Source of the DNA: Candidatus Yanofskybacteria bacterium RIFCSPHIGHO2_01_FULL_41_21
GTDB lineage: Bacteria; Patescibacteriota; Minisyncoccia; 2-02-FULL-40-12; GWA2-44-9
NCBI GenBank assembly: GCA_001794025.1
Contig: MGJA01000012.1
Location: 8,455-72,454 of the forward strand
Direction: 5' to 3'
Length of the DNA: 64,000 nt
The stretch's first letter is position 1; each line of letters starts with the position of its first letter. Both the position numbers and the translations under genes were made by a program. Under the pieces are notes generated by a model. The model was given only the letters and a program-made list of their open reading frames with translations. It ran no database searches and was not told the origin of the DNA. Shown here piece by piece: positions 36,272 through 45,022 of the stretch.

Positions 36272-36622
36272 TTAAATGTTATTCTGTTTTAATTTTTCTT
36301 TTTTCGCTTCATAAGCAGCTTGATACACTGCCTGTTTACGCCATAATTCTGTATTTAGTATATCTAACTCCTCTTTTCGTGGTCCAACCGCATTTTCCCA
36401 TTCTTCATAAAATTCATTATCGAGAAGCATGGTCTTTTTAGCATTAAGTTCTGCAGGGGAAGAATCTCCGTTTAATAATTCATTAAACAACTGAATCTCT
36501 TCAGCAGTCACTTCAAGTTTAAATATACTATTCTGGCGTTCATGCCACGCAAATACTTCTTTTAATTTTGTTGGGACTTCTTCTTTCTTTTCTGTTGAAT
36601 TGTCAGGCATTTCATGACTCAT
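36272..36622 (-). CDS. hypothetical acidic protein
   Basis: 116-aa soluble ORF translationally coupled (3-nt gaps) between the VirB4-like and GtrA-like genes. Confidence 0.45.
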   Translation of the reverse strand: MSHEMPDNSTEKKEEVPTKLKEVFAWHERQNSIFKLEVTAEEIQLFNELLNGDSSPAELNAKKTMLLDNEFYEEWENAVGPRKEELDILNTELWRKQAVYQAAYEAKKEKLKQNNI

Positions 36623-36625
36623 GAT

Positions 36626-39061
36626 TTATTTTGTTAATTTATTTTGATTGAATTTGGCTTTGATTTCGTCTTCAACTTCTTGGCGATGGCGGGCAAATTT
36701 GGAACGGGATAATTGCTTGAGGTACGCAGTCATCTCAGGATTGCCGGCGCCAAAGACCCGTTCGGTTTCCAATTTAATATTGAACGGTAAAGCGGTTTGA
36801 CCGCCGATAAGCAAATTAACATATGCGTTCAAATTATCAATGTTCATAATATCTTGGGCATTAAAAACGGGTTCAAATTTATTCTTCATAAACTCGGCAT
36901 CGTCGGGACCGATACGGAAGGAAGCAATTGAACCGACATTGCCGAAGACGGCGTCGCGAATCCCATCTTTTAATTGTTTGACGAACTGGTGGGCAATAAT
37001 CAAGTCCAAATGATATTTGCGGGCTTCGGACAGAATTGTGGAAATGCTGTCGGTGGTAAAGTTTTGGAATTCATCAATATACAAATACATGTCCTTACGG
37101 GCGGATTCGTCGGCAATATCAACCCGCGACAGCGCCGACATGAGAAGTTTGCCCACAATAATCATACCCAAAAGATTGGCGTTGAGGTCGCCGATGCGAC
37201 CTTTAGACAGATTGACGACCAAAATTTTCTGACTATCCATAACTTCTCGGAAATTGAATGAACTCTTTTGTTGATTGATAATCGGTCGGAGAAATTCATT
37301 AAAAACAAATGACGTAATCTTTGAGGTGATATACGGCGCCATACTGGCTAAACTTTGTTCACCTTGAGCTTTCTCGGCTTCAAGTTGCCAAAATTGAACA
37401 ACGAGCGGATTTGTTTCCCGAGTTAATTTGTCAGCCCGATAAGCGTCGTCCACTAACACGCGAGAAATATCCGCCAAGGTCGGCACTTCATGCGCGTAAT
37501 CATCCAACAAAAGTAAAGCTGAATTTTTGAAATATTTTTCAAACATCGGTCCGCCGGTTGTTTTTAAGTCGTACAATTTATCAAAAATCCCAAACAACTC
37601 ATCAATAACCATAGATTTTTGTTCGGGATGAGTCGGGTCAATTTCAAACATATTTAGACCCATGGGAAAATCAATATCACCGGGGTCAAAATAAATGACA
37701 TCTTCGGCCCGTTCGGGTGGAACGATTGAAAGGACGAATTCAGCAAAATCACCGTGAGGATCAATCACACAAACACCTTTACCATTCTCCACATCTTGTC
37801 TAAGCATGGATTTCATAAAGACGGTTTTGCCCGTACCCGTCTGTCCGATAACATACAAATGACGTCGGCGGTCGGCATCGGACATCCGAACCTCTTTTTC
37901 AATCCCCCGAAAAACACTTTTGCCAAGCACCACGCCTTCATTGGGAAGATTCAAGGGAGCGGGAGCGGATTTTGAATTGACAAATTTTACGCCCGCCGAA
38001 GTGGTGGAAATCGGAAAATGATATAAACTGGCGAGTTCTTCAGATGAAAGTAAGACCTTCTGACTTTCGTTAAACATTCGAAATGAAAAATTAAAAAGGA
38101 AAGAACGCAGATAGCGACCCGTCATTTTGTTAAGCGAAAATTCATTTTGATCAGTCGTTGAAAATTGAGCCAGCGCACCCGCCAAAATATCTAACAATTG
38201 ACTGGCCCGCGGTTCTGATTCAGCGGAGACAACCAATCGGATATTGGCATCAAACCATGGTTTGGATGCTTTCGTTTGAATACCTTTAATCACTTCTTCC
38301 TCAAAAGGCGTAACGACTTTGGGTGGTTGTTTGGCTAATTCTTCAGGAGTCGGTTCTTTGGGTGGATTCTTAGTCCGTTTTATGGCGTCTTTGAGTTGGT
38401 GGCCATGTTGCATTTGCCGAACCACTTTTTCCGCAAATTTACGTTGACCATCTTGATGAGATGGTCTGAATAAAATTTGAAGTGCGGCACCCTCTCCTTG
38501 ATGATTGATTTTAGAAAGACAAGCTAAAATTTCTCCCAGCGGATCGCTTTCTAATTTTTGATAGGTCTTGATAGGCAAGATTGAATCATTTTTCTGGGTG
38601 ACAGAAGCGCCTAGGGCCACACCTCCGGGATGAAAAACGGAATAATCCTGCACCGGTTCAATGTGGGCTTCGGGATACAGGCCGTGAATTTGTTTTTCAA
38701 AAATATCTTCAATGCTTCTGGGTACGGCCATATAGAATTGAATATCCTGGCCGATATGTCTCACGGCAATTTCTAAAACTAGATATGGCTCACCATATAT
38801 AAACTTGTTCCAACCCTTGGTGTGGATATTGGTAAAAGACCCGTATAACTGTTCCATGATGCCAATAAGTTCTTTTTCGGGACGTTGAGGAGCACCTTGA
38901 AAACCCGGCAATGTCGGTCGTGGAAGCGTAATTGAAAAAAGCGCCATATTCAGCGCCCGAGCGATTGAACCCTTAGAACGTAAAGAATTAAGCGTAACTA
39001 GCGCTGAAACAATAATCAAAACCAGAACGACACCATATACAATCAGAAGAAATATAGACAC
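36626..39061 (-). CDS. VirB4/TrbE/CagE-family type IV secretion ATPase-like protein
   Basis: 811 aa. N-terminal TM. Walker A GQTGTGKT at about residue 405, Walker B LYIDEFQNF, and downstream AHQ region. Placement of the NTPase domain in the C-terminal half is typical of VirB4. Confidence 0.65.
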   Translation of the reverse strand: MSIFLLIVYGVVLVLIIVSALVTLNSLRSKGSIARALNMALFSITLPRPTLPGFQGAPQRPEKELIGIMEQLYGSFTNIHTKGWNKFIYGEPYLVLEIAVRHIGQDIQFYMAVPRSIEDIFEKQIHGLYPEAHIEPVQDYSVFHPGGVALGASVTQKNDSILPIKTYQKLESDPLGEILACLSKINHQGEGAALQILFRPSHQDGQRKFAEKVVRQMQHGHQLKDAIKRTKNPPKEPTPEELAKQPPKVVTPFEEEVIKGIQTKASKPWFDANIRLVVSAESEPRASQLLDILAGALAQFSTTDQNEFSLNKMTGRYLRSFLFNFSFRMFNESQKVLLSSEELASLYHFPISTTSAGVKFVNSKSAPAPLNLPNEGVVLGKSVFRGIEKEVRMSDADRRRHLYVIGQTGTGKTVFMKSMLRQDVENGKGVCVIDPHGDFAEFVLSIVPPERAEDVIYFDPGDIDFPMGLNMFEIDPTHPEQKSMVIDELFGIFDKLYDLKTTGGPMFEKYFKNSALLLLDDYAHEVPTLADISRVLVDDAYRADKLTRETNPLVVQFWQLEAEKAQGEQSLASMAPYITSKITSFVFNEFLRPIINQQKSSFNFREVMDSQKILVVNLSKGRIGDLNANLLGMIIVGKLLMSALSRVDIADESARKDMYLYIDEFQNFTTDSISTILSEARKYHLDLIIAHQFVKQLKDGIRDAVFGNVGSIASFRIGPDDAEFMKNKFEPVFNAQDIMNIDNLNAYVNLLIGGQTALPFNIKLETERVFGAGNPEMTAYLKQLSRSKFARHRQEVEDEIKAKFNQNKLTK

Positions 39062-39079
39062 GGATTGAATTTATAAAAA

Positions 39080-39487
39080 CTACTTAACGACCTCTACTCG
39101 CTTCTGTTCCACGAGCATTTGATAGAGGTTGCCCGTCAGAGCGCTGTGAAATGCATCAATCAGAGCAATGTCATTAGAGTCCTTGGCAGTTTTAATCCCC
39201 TCGGCCAAACTTTTGGTAAAAGCGATATTAACCCAGCCCTGAATTTTTTCTTGAGCATCCGGAGGTAAAGAATCGTCAGTCGTGGTCGTATGAGACGAGG
39301 CCTTAAATTCCGGGACGTGTTGTTGAATCGCTCCCTCAATAACTTGAGACATTGTCTCATGTTCAGTTGGTGATGGTGCCTCGGCACCCAATTCGCCCCG
39401 TTCTTTCATTTGTTGCTCAATCTCCGCCCGCTTCTGCTGGTATTCCTGTTCCACTTGCTGTAATTGTTCGGCCGATGTTCCTTCCAT
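39080..39487 (-). CDS. hypothetical protein (Gln/Glu-rich N-terminus)
   Basis: 135-aa ORF, first gene of the minus-strand cluster ending at 35598. Confidence 0.45.
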   Translation of the reverse strand: MEGTSAEQLQQVEQEYQQKRAEIEQQMKERGELGAEAPSPTEHETMSQVIEGAIQQHVPEFKASSHTTTTDDSLPPDAQEKIQGWVNIAFTKSLAEGIKTAKDSNDIALIDAFHSALTGNLYQMLVEQKRVEVVK

Positions 39488-39568
39488 TCCTATATTCTAT
39501 AATACCAGCCAGAATTAACTATCGGTATGTGTGGATAAAAATCACGTAAATTCTGATATTATTAATAC

Positions 39569-41083
39569 ATGCAAAGATACTCGCACAGAGAAATATTAAT
39601 TATTGTTGGTATTCTTATTATCGCATCATTCTTCCGGTTCTATCAATTAGATAAATATCCGCCGGGTCTCTATCCCGACGAAGCCATGAATGGTTCCAAC
39701 GCTCTCGTCGCCAATGCTACGGGTGATTATAAAATTTTCTATCCTGAAAATTTTGGCCGAGAGGGCTTATTTATTAATATCCAAGCCCTCTCAATTAAGT
39801 GGTTCGACGTCAATTCGTGGTCGCTACGAAGCGTTTCCGCCATTTTCGGAATTCTAACTGTCTTGGGTCTTTTTCTGTTGGCCCGAGAACTATTTAGTTG
39901 GCAGGTTGGAGCAGTATCAAGTTTTTTGCTGGCAATTTCATTTTGGCATGTAAATTTTTCTCGGATTGGATTCAGGGCAATTATGTTGCCTTTTATTTTG
40001 GTCTATTTATTTTATTTCCTCTGGAAGGGTCTGAAACATTCAAGTTGGATAGATTTCTTTTGGGCTGGAATTTTAGGTGGATTGGGATTTTATACCTATA
40101 CCTCATACCGTATCGCGCCTTTAATCGCCATCCTTATCTTCATTAACTACTGGATGTTTATAAAAAAGGACTTTCATCACGAAAATTACGAACATACCCG
40201 CAATCGTTTTTTGGGTGGTTTCTCTCTTTTTATGATTACTGTCTTTTTTGTTGCTCTGCCAATTGGTATCTACTTCTTGAAAAATCCGGAAAACTTTATG
40301 CAACGCAACACGCAATCGGTGTTTGCTCAAGAACAATCATTTCGTGAGCTTGGGGGTAGCGTCATTAAAACACTAGGCATGTTTACCTTTCAAGGTGATG
40401 GTAATGTCCGCCATAATCTAGATAGTCAACCCATGTTGGGCTGGCCAATTGCTATTTTGTTTGCTATTGGATTTTTAAAAGAGTTATATCATTGGTTAAG
40501 ACGAAAACACGGTCATTTTTCACCCGTCCATACGTTATTGTTTGTCTGGTTCTTCGTGTTTCTTATTCCGGGATTTCTTTCAACCGAAGCACCTCACGCC
40601 TTGCGCGCTGTCGGCGTAATTCCCGTCGTTATGATATTTGCTGCGAGGGGTTTTATGTGGTTATTTAACGCCGCTGAAGGATGGGAAAAAATTACTCATC
40701 CCTGGATGGCCCAAGGCCACCGTCAATTTGTTTTACCAATTTTAGTAGCATTTTCCCTCTTGGGCGCATTCAGTTTCTACGAATACAACCGGTATTTTAA
40801 TATTTGGGGACCAAGCCAAAAAACGGCCGATTCTTTCTCTGTAAATTATGTTGAGATTGCCAATGAAATAAATGCCTCACCAATAACTAAAAAGAAATAT
40901 GTTATTGTAAGCCCTTCATCAGTTGATGCTTATGGTTTACCAATTCGTGCCGAAACGGTTATGTTTTTAACTGACACGGTTTTACCTCCCACTCAGCGCG
41001 CTAAAAATTTAACCTACCTAACAGTTGACCAAGCAAAAAATTATAAATTCAGCCCAAACGCTTCGGTTTGGTATGTTAAATAA
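39569..41083 (+). CDS. GT39/ArnT-like (PMT-family) polyprenyl-phosphate-sugar-dependent glycosyltransferase
   Basis: N-terminal YPPGLYPDEAMNGSNA (DE motif in first loop) and about 11 TM helices. Confidence 0.75.
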   Translation: MQRYSHREILIIVGILIIASFFRFYQLDKYPPGLYPDEAMNGSNALVANATGDYKIFYPENFGREGLFINIQALSIKWFDVNSWSLRSVSAIFGILTVLGLFLLARELFSWQVGAVSSFLLAISFWHVNFSRIGFRAIMLPFILVYLFYFLWKGLKHSSWIDFFWAGILGGLGFYTYTSYRIAPLIAILIFINYWMFIKKDFHHENYEHTRNRFLGGFSLFMITVFFVALPIGIYFLKNPENFMQRNTQSVFAQEQSFRELGGSVIKTLGMFTFQGDGNVRHNLDSQPMLGWPIAILFAIGFLKELYHWLRRKHGHFSPVHTLLFVWFFVFLIPGFLSTEAPHALRAVGVIPVVMIFAARGFMWLFNAAEGWEKITHPWMAQGHRQFVLPILVAFSLLGAFSFYEYNRYFNIWGPSQKTADSFSVNYVEIANEINASPITKKKYVIVSPSSVDAYGLPIRAETVMFLTDTVLPPTQRAKNLTYLTVDQAKNYKFSPNASVWYVK

Positions 41084-42897
41084 TGAAAAGATATTCGCTC
41101 ATCGCTGGCGTATTGATTGTTGTCACCAGTATTATCGCCATTGCCAGTGCTTGGCATGATTCCCCTATTGTTGACGAAATTCCTCACATCGGCGCCGGTT
41201 ATTCATACGTTTCCGGTCATACATATCAATTCAATCCCGAACATCCTCCGCTGGCAAAAGATTTTGCCGGTCTAGCCCTTCTGACACTCAAGATTAATCC
41301 CAACTTTCTTTCATCTTATAATATTTCTCACCAAGGAATAGTAAACGACCAATGGAATTTTGGACGACAACTGATATACCACTCCGGCGTTGATCCGGCT
41401 ACTATTGTTCATACTGCTAAACTCCCCCTTATATTATTCTTTATTTTATCCGGTTGGCTTATCTATGCTTGGGGAAAACGAACATATAATCACCGTACCG
41501 CTCTTCTGGCGGTATTTCTGTTTGCATTTTCTCCGACTATAATCGCTCACAGTCGATTTGTGACAACCGATGTCCCCGCTCTCTTTGGAATTTTATTCGC
41601 GACCTATTTTTTTCTTCGTTACCTGCGAGAACATAACACTTTAAATTTTTGGTTGGCTTCAGTCACATTCGGCGTCGCCCTGCTCACTAAGTTTTCAACA
41701 TTTCTCCTTATTCCCTACTTCTTACTCTTGGCTCTTGTTTGGGTCTGGATTCAAAACAATGAGTATATTAAACCCACTTTTCGTTTGCTTACAAGGACCG
41801 CCCTCGTAATGGTGGTGGGATTCGTTGTAATTGTTGGACCGATTTATCAATTACAAATTTTTAATTATCCACCCACTCAGCAAAAAAATGACACTGAAAT
41901 AATTCTTAGAAATTATCCCGTCCCCACCCTTTCTAAAGCCGTCATCTGGGCGTCGGACAAACCAGTACTTCGGTCATACGCTCAATGGGGTCTGGGAATG
42001 GCAATGGTTTTTCAACGCGCCGAAGGCGGTAACAATACTTATTTCCTTGGTCAATTCTCTAATAAATCATTTAAAGCATATTTCCCAGTTGTCTATGTCC
42101 TTAAAGAACCAATTCCGTTTTTAATTCTTCTTTTAAGCGCAATCTGGCTCGGTTGGAGGGCGTGGCGTAATAATCGCGAACCATTTAAAAATAAACTGCG
42201 TGACCGCTTTCCGGTTTTTGCTATGCTTCTTTGGATTTTTATCTATGTCGCCACAAGTATCAACGCCAATCTTAATATCGGCGTTCGCCATCTTATTCCA
42301 ATCTACGGATTTATCTTTATTCTAACGGCCGGGGCAATTGAAAAAATGATTACGGATTACGGATTACGGATTAAAACCGGATCGGGTAAATTCGTAATTC
42401 GTAATTCGCAATTCGTAATTGTTGGATTATTAATTTGGTATTTGGTTGAATTTATCTCCTTCTATCCTAACTACCTAACCTACTTTAATCAATTTGCTCT
42501 TTTCCGTCCTTCTTGGGTTTCAGAAGAACAAAAAAATTGGCCGAGAGGCGGATATAATTATGTCGTTGATTCTAATCTTGATTGGGGTCAAGATCTCTGG
42601 CGTTTGGACGATTTTATAAAACAAAATAAAATTCAAAAGATATATCTTGATTATTTCGGCTGGGCTGATCCAACCTTTTATCTCGGTGACGCCTTTGTTT
42701 GGATAGTGGGCGGAAAATACACCAGCGCCGAGTCCTTTCTTAAAGACAACCCCGCCGGCGGTTGGCTTGGCGTCTCCGCCAGTTTCTACCAAGAATCAAC
42801 CGTTAATCCCGCCAGTCCATATACCTGGCTTGAAAATATAAAACCGACGGCGATGGTTGGTAACTCAATTTTCGTCTGGCATATCACTCAACCTTAG
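41083..42897 (+). CDS. GT39/GT83-like membrane glycosyltransferase, second copy
   Basis: N-terminal HDSPIVDEIPHIGAGYSY...EHPPLAK, polytopic. Start overlaps the stop of the upstream gene. Contains an in-frame tandem/inverted heptamer insertion (see 42355). Confidence 0.7.
   Translation: MKRYSLIAGVLIVVTSIIAIASAWHDSPIVDEIPHIGAGYSYVSGHTYQFNPEHPPLAKDFAGLALLTLKINPNFLSSYNISHQGIVNDQWNFGRQLIYHSGVDPATIVHTAKLPLILFFILSGWLIYAWGKRTYNHRTALLAVFLFAFSPTIIAHSRFVTTDVPALFGILFATYFFLRYLREHNTLNFWLASVTFGVALLTKFSTFLLIPYFLLLALVWVWIQNNEYIKPTFRLLTRTALVMVVGFVVIVGPIYQLQIFNYPPTQQKNDTEIILRNYPVPTLSKAVIWASDKPVLRSYAQWGLGMAMVFQRAEGGNNTYFLGQFSNKSFKAYFPVVYVLKEPIPFLILLLSAIWLGWRAWRNNREPFKNKLRDRFPVFAMLLWIFIYVATSINANLNIGVRHLIPIYGFIFILTAGAIEKMITDYGLRIKTGSGKFVIRNSQFVIVGLLIWYLVEFISFYPNYLTYFNQFALFRPSWVSEEQKNWPRGGYNYVVDSNLDWGQDLWRLDDFIKQNKIQKIYLDYFGWADPTFYLGDAFVWIVGGKYTSAESFLKDNPAGGWLGVSASFYQESTVNPASPYTWLENIKPTAMVGNSIFVWHITQP
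42355..42420. repeat. intragenic tandem-inverted heptamer repeat (GATTACG x2.5 then AATTCGT x4) in-frame within the GT39-like gene
   Basis: acggattacggattacggattaaaaccggatcgggtaaattcgtaattcgtaattcgcaattcgtaatt, encoding ITDYGLRIKTGSGKFVIRNSQFVIV. Confidence 0.45.
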
Positions 42898-42908
42898 TGG
42901 TTTTCTTG

Positions 42909-43127
42909 CGGCTTCCGCTCGGAGTTCGCTCCCTCCACCCCAAACTCGATTATCCATCAAATTGTGTCAACGTCACTTGGGGTATACTCTTATCCCCAGA
43001 CCCAGGGAACCAGTCCCGTCGGTTCCCGAGGCGATTCTAGAGGCGGCTAAAGCACGCCTCCAAGAAACTTCGCCTTGACCAAAGGGTCCCCTTCCGCTAC
43101 TGGGTCTAAGAGTATACCCCAAGTGAC
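42909..43127. repeat. Family A element copy A3 (inverted orientation; GCGAAGC hairpin replaced by a 56-nt nested-hairpin insert)
   Basis: TIRs GTCACTTGGGGTATACTCTTA ... TAAGAGTATACCCCAAGTGAC. Core and tail match A2/A4 in reverse complement. Confidence 0.6.
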
Positions 43128-43171
43128 TTAAAATTAAATTACTCTCTTTTTTGGGTATTTTTTTAAATAAA

Positions 43172-43210
43172 AAAAGACCCCGTCGGAAGTCGCAATGTGG
43201 ACGGGGCTTT
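43172..43210 (-). terminator. rho-independent terminator (strong on minus strand)
   Basis: GACCCCGTC-GGAAGTCGCAATGTG-GACGGGGC. On the minus strand it is followed by UCUUUUUUUAUUU. Confidence 0.6.
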
Positions 43211-43700
43211 GTAGATTTTGGAGAGTAACGGGTCCGGACGGTGCGAACGAGTGATTTCCTCGTCGCACCGTCCGGCCGCCAGCCGGGCGATCGGCACGGA
43301 TCTTGGGCGCGGAGGTGTCACACCGCCCTCACCTTTAGCCGACCGCCCCGACTTCGTTTTCTCTGGCCGCCACAGAATTGTCATTGGTGCCGGTACGGGT
43401 ACGGGGAGCTCTCCCGACCCATGCGGCCCACCAAGCAATTGGTGAGGGCCAGACGTTCATCGCGATTGAGTCGCGACACTTACAGACCGGGTAAATAAAG
43501 GTCTCTATGAGAACATCGTCGAACCCCTCCTGGGGTGTACCTTTATCCACACACGGTCTTTTTAATGACCTGGGTTGCTGGAGACAGTTGGACGTCTCGG
43601 AGTTTTTTATTTCTCCGGCTCCCTTAGGCCCAGGTCAATTCATGAGCAACGGGCTCGCAAAAACCAATACCTACTCGCCCGTCCGTAGTTATACGGAGGA
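43211..43700 (-). ncRNA. GC-rich (about 60% GC) roughly 500-nt non-coding island with multiple stable hairpins; candidate structured ncRNA of unknown class, or a decayed GC-rich mobile insertion
   Basis: No credible ORF. Composition is very different from the roughly 38% GC surroundings. Has a 15-bp hairpin GGACGGUGCGAACGAG/CUCGUCGCACCGUCC and ends at the 43172 terminator on the minus strand. I tested tmRNA, RNase P and SRP consensus motifs by eye and could not place them. Confidence 0.3.
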
Positions 43701-44031
43701 GGGCTAACGCTCGCTATATATACGAACTTCTCTATGTTTCTATCGGCCTATTCAACTAAATAAAGTGATGATGCCTGAAAATAGCGTATTTACTGGTTTT
43801 TGCGAGCCCATTACTGGGCTCTTTATAAAGAACAGACCTATACAACCATTATAGCACCCTGCGCCTAGGAAGTCAACCCCGCCGTTGAGAAGCGACATTT
43901 AGGGCTAATTAATGGCTTTAAACCTATGTAAATTGTTCCCACCATTATTTTACCTATAGTCCATTTGAAGAATATTCATCGCTTCTCAACGGCGGGGTCA
44001 ATACCCCACAAAATTGGTATAACATAAGGGG

Positions 44032-44886
44032 CTATTTGAAGTATACTCGGTCATCAAAGCGTAAATCTATGTATTGGGGTTTAAGTGTTCCATTGGCCAT
44101 TTTCTGGGTTCTAAATATACGAAACGTATCAAGCTGGTTTTGAAGATTTGAATCAATACTAAACTTAACTAAATAACTTGCTCCAATCGGTAAGATGGGG
44201 TCATTAACCAGAACATCAAACTCTGTGTATGTATCAACGGGGATGGTAATATTTTTAACTTTAACACCTTGCTCAATCAAAATTGGGACGACAGTTTGGA
44301 TGGCTTTAAGAAATTTTGAATAGACCGTTAATGGAGACGTTGATGCCGATTGAATTCGCATATCATTAACGTTGAGTAAAAGCACGCCCGATGATTGAAT
44401 CGCTTGGCCAAACGTCACACCATCGTGGTCAAAGTATCGACAATCGGGAATTTCTTGAGATGAACCCGTAGAAACAAAACACCAGACCCCTTCTGCCCGA
44501 CGTTCGGTCACGGATATTTTTAAGGTATGCAAATATTTTTTCTTAACGGAAACATTCTCTATAAATGAGAATCGGGAAATTAATTCAGCGACTAAAGAAT
44601 CAGATTGAACAAAAAATATATCTCGTCCTATTGGAATACCGAACACTTTACGATTCAGATTCTCATCAATGACCCCCTGAACATCTCTCTGGTGCCCGTC
44701 AGTCAATCCTTCATATGAAATAGTGGTTACTCTCAACCACGGCGCATAAAAAAGAGCGTAACCAATGCCGACAAGAATAACGACAACAACAAAAATAATT
44801 AATCCTATTTTTATCTCAAAACGATGGCGTCGTTTAGACGCCAATTTATCGTTGTGTTTAAATTTTTTAATATCAACAGGACGCAT
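44032..44886 (-). CDS. ftsQ: cell division protein FtsQ/DivIB-like (TM + POTRA)
   Basis: Single TM (IGLIIFVVVVILVGIGYALF) followed by a POTRA-like region. The ORF-track N-terminus MAVMCG is encoded by the TIR of the 44885 element; start is probably MRPVDIKKF at 44886. Confidence 0.6.
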   Translation of the reverse strand: MRPVDIKKFKHNDKLASKRRHRFEIKIGLIIFVVVVILVGIGYALFYAPWLRVTTISYEGLTDGHQRDVQGVIDENLNRKVFGIPIGRDIFFVQSDSLVAELISRFSFIENVSVKKKYLHTLKISVTERRAEGVWCFVSTGSSQEIPDCRYFDHDGVTFGQAIQSSGVLLLNVNDMRIQSASTSPLTVYSKFLKAIQTVVPILIEQGVKVKNITIPVDTYTEFDVLVNDPILPIGASYLVKFSIDSNLQNQLDTFRIFRTQKMANGTLKPQYIDLRFDDRVYFK

Positions 44887-45022
44887 CCCGCACATAACAG
44901 CCATAAATTGCTTTAAGGCAGTACTACGTGTTTAGTACTCGCATGCAACTTCACTATAGCTGTGATTATTAAACTAAGTTAGTCCCGCAATTAGTACTGC
45001 AAATGGCTGTTATGTGCGGGAT
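44885..45022. mobile_element. about 138-nt element with perfect 20-bp TIRs (ATCCCGCACATAACAGCCAT / ATGGCTGTTATGTGCGGGAT) bridging the serS stop and ftsQ start
   Basis: TIRs seen directly. The right TIR contains the last 3 codons and stop of serS; the left TIR overlaps the ftsQ ATG. The interior has AT-rich -10-like hexamers on the minus strand. Confidence 0.55.

Noticed and set aside
43163-43550. ORFs 43163..43438(-), 43218..43445(+), 43241..43498(+), 43335..43550(-) in the GC-rich island
   Set aside because: Mutually overlapping in several frames on both strands. Arg/Pro/Gly-rich as expected from random GC-rich sequence. No start context or SD.
43211-43700. tmRNA (ssrA) or RNase P RNA identity for the GC-rich island
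   Set aside because: GGGGUUCGACG and a tag-like ORF (…NDNSVAARENEVGAVG*) are present on the minus strand, but there is no T-arm, acceptor or CCA at the 3' end, and the tag ending is atypical. The RNase P CR-I-like (GAAGUCGGGGCGG) and CR-II-like (GUAAGUGUCGCGAC) matches are weak and occur in the wrong order. The SRP domain IV motif is absent. Left as an unclassified ncRNA candidate.
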